From contig OZ024742.1 of the NCBI GenBank assembly GCA_964016885.1, positions 360,654,001-360,718,000 of the forward strand: a stretch of DNA of 64,000 bases. The letters run 5' to 3'. Both the position numbers and the translations under genes were made by a program. This document shows, piece after piece, positions 59,901 to 64,000 of this stretch (the first letter of the stretch is position 1; every line of letters begins with the position of its first letter). A model generated the notes under the pieces. The model made no database searches, was not told the DNA's origin, and saw nothing but the letters and a program-made list of their open reading frames with translations. Source of the DNA: Eledone cirrhosa (lineage: Eukaryota).

Positions 59901-62900
59901 CCCCACCAATGCCATCATCTCTAACACCCTTCCCCCCACACACACCATCTCTGAGACCCCACCAATGCCATCATCTCTAACACCCCTCCCCCCTCACACC
60001 ATCTCTGAGACCCCACCAATGCCTTCATCTCTAACACCCCTCCCCCCACACACCATCTCTGAGACCCCACCAATGCCATCATCTCTAACACCTCTCCCCC
60101 CACACACCATCTCTGAGACCCCACCAATGCCATCATCTCTAACACCTCTCCCCCCACACACCATCTCTGAGACCCCACCAATGCCATCATCTCTAACACC
60201 TCTCCCCCCCACACACCATCTCTGAGACCCCACCAATGCCATCATCTCTAACACCTCTCCCCCCACACAACATCTCTGAGACCCCACCAATGCCATCATC
60301 TCTAACACCCTTCCCCCCACACACACCATCTCAGACCCCACCAATGCCATCATCTCTAACACCTCCCTCCCCCCAGACACCATCTCTGAGACCCCACCAA
60401 TGCCATCATCTCTAACACCCCTCCCCCCTCACACCATCTGAGACCCCACCAATGCCATCATCTCTAACACCCCTCCCCTCACAGACACCATCTCTGAGAC
60501 CCCACCAATGCCATCATCTCTAACACCTCCCTCCCCCCAGACACCATCTCTGAGACCCCACCAATGCCATCATCACTAACACACCTCCCCCCACACACCA
60601 TCTCTGAGACCCCACCAATGCCATCATCTCTAACACTCCTCCCCCCACACACACCATCTCTGAGACCCCACCAATGCCATCATCTCTAACACCCTTCCCT
60701 CCACACAACATCTCTGAGACCCCACCAATGCCATCATCTCTAACACCCTTCCCCCACACACCATCTCTGAGACCCCACCAATGCCATCATCTCTAACACC
60801 TCCCTCCCCCCAGACACCATCTCTGAGACCCCACCAATGCCATCATCACTAACACACCATCTCTGAGACCCCACCAATGCCATCATCTCTAACACTCCTC
60901 CCCCCACACACACCATCTCTGAGACCCCACCAATGCCATCATCTCTAACACCCTTCCCCCACACACCATCTCTGAGACCCCACCAATGCCATCATCTCTA
61001 ACACCTCTCCCCCCTACACACCATCTCTGAGACCCCACCAATGTCATCATCTCTAACACTCCTCCCCCCACACACACCATCTCTGAGACCCCACCAATGC
61101 CATCATCTCTAACACCCTTCCCCCCACACACGATCTCTGAGACCCCACCAATGCCATCATCTCTAACACCTCCCTCCCCCCAGACACCATCTCTGAGACC
61201 CCACCAATGCCATCATCACTAACACACCTCCCCCCACACGCCATCTCTGAGACCCCACCAATGCCATCATCTCTAACACTCCTCCCCCCACACACACCAT
61301 CTCTGAGACCCCACCAATGCCATCATCTCTAACACTCCTCCCCCCACACACACCATCTCTGAGACCCCACCAATGCCATCATCTCTAACACCTCTCCCCC
61401 CACACAACATCTCTGAGACCCCACCAATGCCATCATCTCTAACACTCCTCCCCCCACACACACCATCTCAGACCCCACCAATGCCATCATCTCTAACACA
61501 CCTCCCCCCACACACCATCTCTGAGACCCCACCAATGCCATCATCTCTAACACTCCTCCCCCCACACACACCACCTCTGAGACCCCACCAATGCCAGCAT
61601 CTCTAACACCCCCCGCCTCCACACACCATCTCTGAGACCCCACCAATGCCATCATCTCTAACACCTCTCCCCCCACACAACATCTCTGAGACCCCACCAA
61701 TGCCATCATCTCTAACACCCTTCCCCCCACACAACATCTCTGAGACCCCACCAATGCCATCATCTCTAACACCCTTCCCCCCACACACACCATCTCAGAC
61801 CCCACCAATGCCATCATCTCTAACACACCTCCCCCCACACACCATCTCTGAGACCCCACCAATGCCATCATCTCTAACACTCCTCCCCCCACACACACCA
61901 CCTCTGAGACCCCACCAATGCCAGCATCTCTAACACCCCCCGCCTCCACACACCATCTCTGAGACCCCACCAATGCCATCATCTCTAACACCCCTCCCCT
62001 CTACACACCATCTCTGAGACCTCACCAATGCCATCATCTCTAACACCCCTCGCCCCACACACACCATCTCTGAGACCCCACCAATGCCATCATCTCTAAC
62101 ACCCCTCCCCTCTACACACCATCTCTGAGACCTCACCAATGCCATCATCTCTAACACCCCTCGCCCCACACACACCATCTCTGAGACCCCACCAATGCCA
62201 TCATCTGTAACACCTCTCCCCCCACACACCATCTCTGAGACCCCACCAATGCCATCATCTCTAACACCCCTCCCCCCACACACCCATCTCCATGCCCCCC
62301 CCCACACCATCCCTGAGACCCCACCAATCCCATCATCTCTAACACCCCTCGCCCCACACACACCATCTCTGAGACCCCACCAATGCCAGCATCTCTACCC
62401 CCCCCCAAACCATCTCTGAGACCCCACCAATGCCATCATCTCTAACCCCCCCCCACACCATCTCTAACACCCCCCACACCATCTCTGAGACCCCACCAAT
62501 GCCATCATCTCTAACACCCCCACCCACACACCATCTCTGAGACCCCACCAATGCCATCATCTCTAACACTCCACCCCCCACACACACCACCTCTGAGACC
62601 CCACCAATGCCAGCATCTCTAACACCCCCCGCCTCCACACACCATCTCTGAGACCCCACCAATGCCATCATCTCTAACACCCCTCCCCTCTACACACCAT
62701 CTCTGAGACCTCACCAATGCCATCATCTCTAACACCCCTCGCCCCACACACACCATCTCTGAGACCCCACCAATGCCATCATCTCTAACACCCCTCCCCT
62801 CTACACACCATCTCTGAGACCTCACCAATGCCATCATCTCTAACACCCCTCGCCCCACACACACCATCTCTGAGACCCCACCAATGCCATCATCTGTAAC

Positions 62901-63445
62901 ACCTCTCCCCCCACACACCATCTCTGAGACCCCACCAATGCCATCATCTCTAACACCCCCCCCCCCATCTCCACCCCCCCCCCCCCCAACATCCCTGAGA
63001 CCCCACCAATCCCATCATCTCTAACACCCCTCGCCCCACACACACCATCTCTGAGACCCCACCAATGCCAGCATCTCTACCCCCCCCCCCAAACCATCTC
63101 TGAGACCCCACCAATGCCATCATCTCTAACCCCCCCCCCCCACACCATCTCTAACACCCCCCACACCATCTCTGAGACCCCACCAATGCCATCATCTCTA
63201 ACACCCCCACCCACACACCATCTCTGAGACCCCACCAATGCCATCATCTCTAACCCCCCCCCCCCACACCATCTCTAGCACCCCCCACACCATCTCTGAG
63301 ACCCCACCTATGCCATCATCTCTAACACCGCTCCCCCCACACAACATCTCTGATACCCCACCAATGCCATCATCTCTAACACCTCTTCCCCCACACACCA
63401 TCTCTGAGACCCCACCAACGCTATCATCACAAACCCCCCCCCCCC
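56949..63445. repeat. C-rich ~54-bp minisatellite, ~120 copies (CACACCATCTCTGAGACCCCACCAATGCCATCATCTCTAACACCCCTCCCCCCA)
   Basis: Period 54 (ATCTCTGAGA at 56961 and 57015). Variation is concentrated in the C-tract. Confidence 0.97.
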
Positions 63446-64000
63446 ACTCCTATGTTACTGCCATCCTAAATATATCCACCACTGAGCTTCTTTATAGACT
63501 TGTTTTCTTCATTGGACATCATCTGACAGACAACTCTTGTTTACTAGCTATCTCTCTCATATATATATAATATATACAGAATAAAAAGAAAACACACCTC
63601 AGACTCACAAATGAAAACAACCCCTCCCCAAAACATGACACTAACACCAACACAAAAGAGCTCACAACAACAGCAAACAAAAAACACCAAACAAAAACAT
63701 GCATACACATACATAAACACAAGAAACAAAAAACTGTTAAACATTGTGTACAACAACAATCTAATAAAAACACAAGGGCCTAACTTCACCCAGGCAGGGG
63801 ATTTCCCCCACCTCAAAATGATTAAGGCCCCACAGGACACCTATAAAACTTTAAAAAACAATTTTAAAGAGGACGTGGGTCCCCCCTGCGTCGGGCCCAT
63901 TAACCGCGTCCTCCTAAAAAACTACCCCACCCCCTCCCCAAACACCCACACAACTCCAAGCTCCCCAACCACACAACACACTGATGCCCCTACACTTCCA

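Noticed and set aside
56929-63570. Mucin/extensin-like (MPSSLTPLPPHTISETPP)n ORFs
   Set aside because: Unit length varies by 1-3 bp in the C-tract, constantly shifting frame, which is inconsistent with a coding VNTR. Some of the shifts could be sequencing error.
63560-64000. A/C-rich, G-poor terminal sequence as a telomere-like or coding feature
   Set aside because: There is no TTAGGG/CCCTAA or regular period; it looks like low-complexity or low-quality consensus.

Overview
This is eukaryotic, repeat-dominated and essentially non-coding DNA. The SINE families resemble the octopod (Octopus-like) tRNA-derived SINEs as I recall them; no database search was run. About 60% of the window is tandem arrays: 26-bp (3.4-6.35 kb), 54-bp AT-rich (10.4-15.3 kb), 31-bp, 19-bp, (CAC)n, a core+(GTT)n minisatellite, a 19.9-kb 48-bp satellite (35.5-55.4 kb) and a C-rich ~54-bp array (56.95-63.4 kb). 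The rest is tRNA-SINEs, RTE-LINE fragments, a CRE-like endonuclease relic, TTAA (piggyBac-like), TA-type and hAT-like MITEs, and one non-autonomous Helitron. No intact protein-coding gene is supportable; nearly all listed ORFs are repeat artefacts, and only weak candidate exons are seen. Three observations stand out. (1) Five loci carry minimal type I hammerhead-ribozyme motifs of the Penelope/retrozyme kind, two of them inside near-perfect fold-backs, with a near-intact one at 22999-23073. (2) The large satellites appear to be amplified transposon termini: the 48-bp unit is the right end of a TTAA MITE and carries a 2543-bp higher-order repeat. (3) Two direct MITE copies bracket a CRE endonuclease fragment in a composite-transposon-like arrangement.
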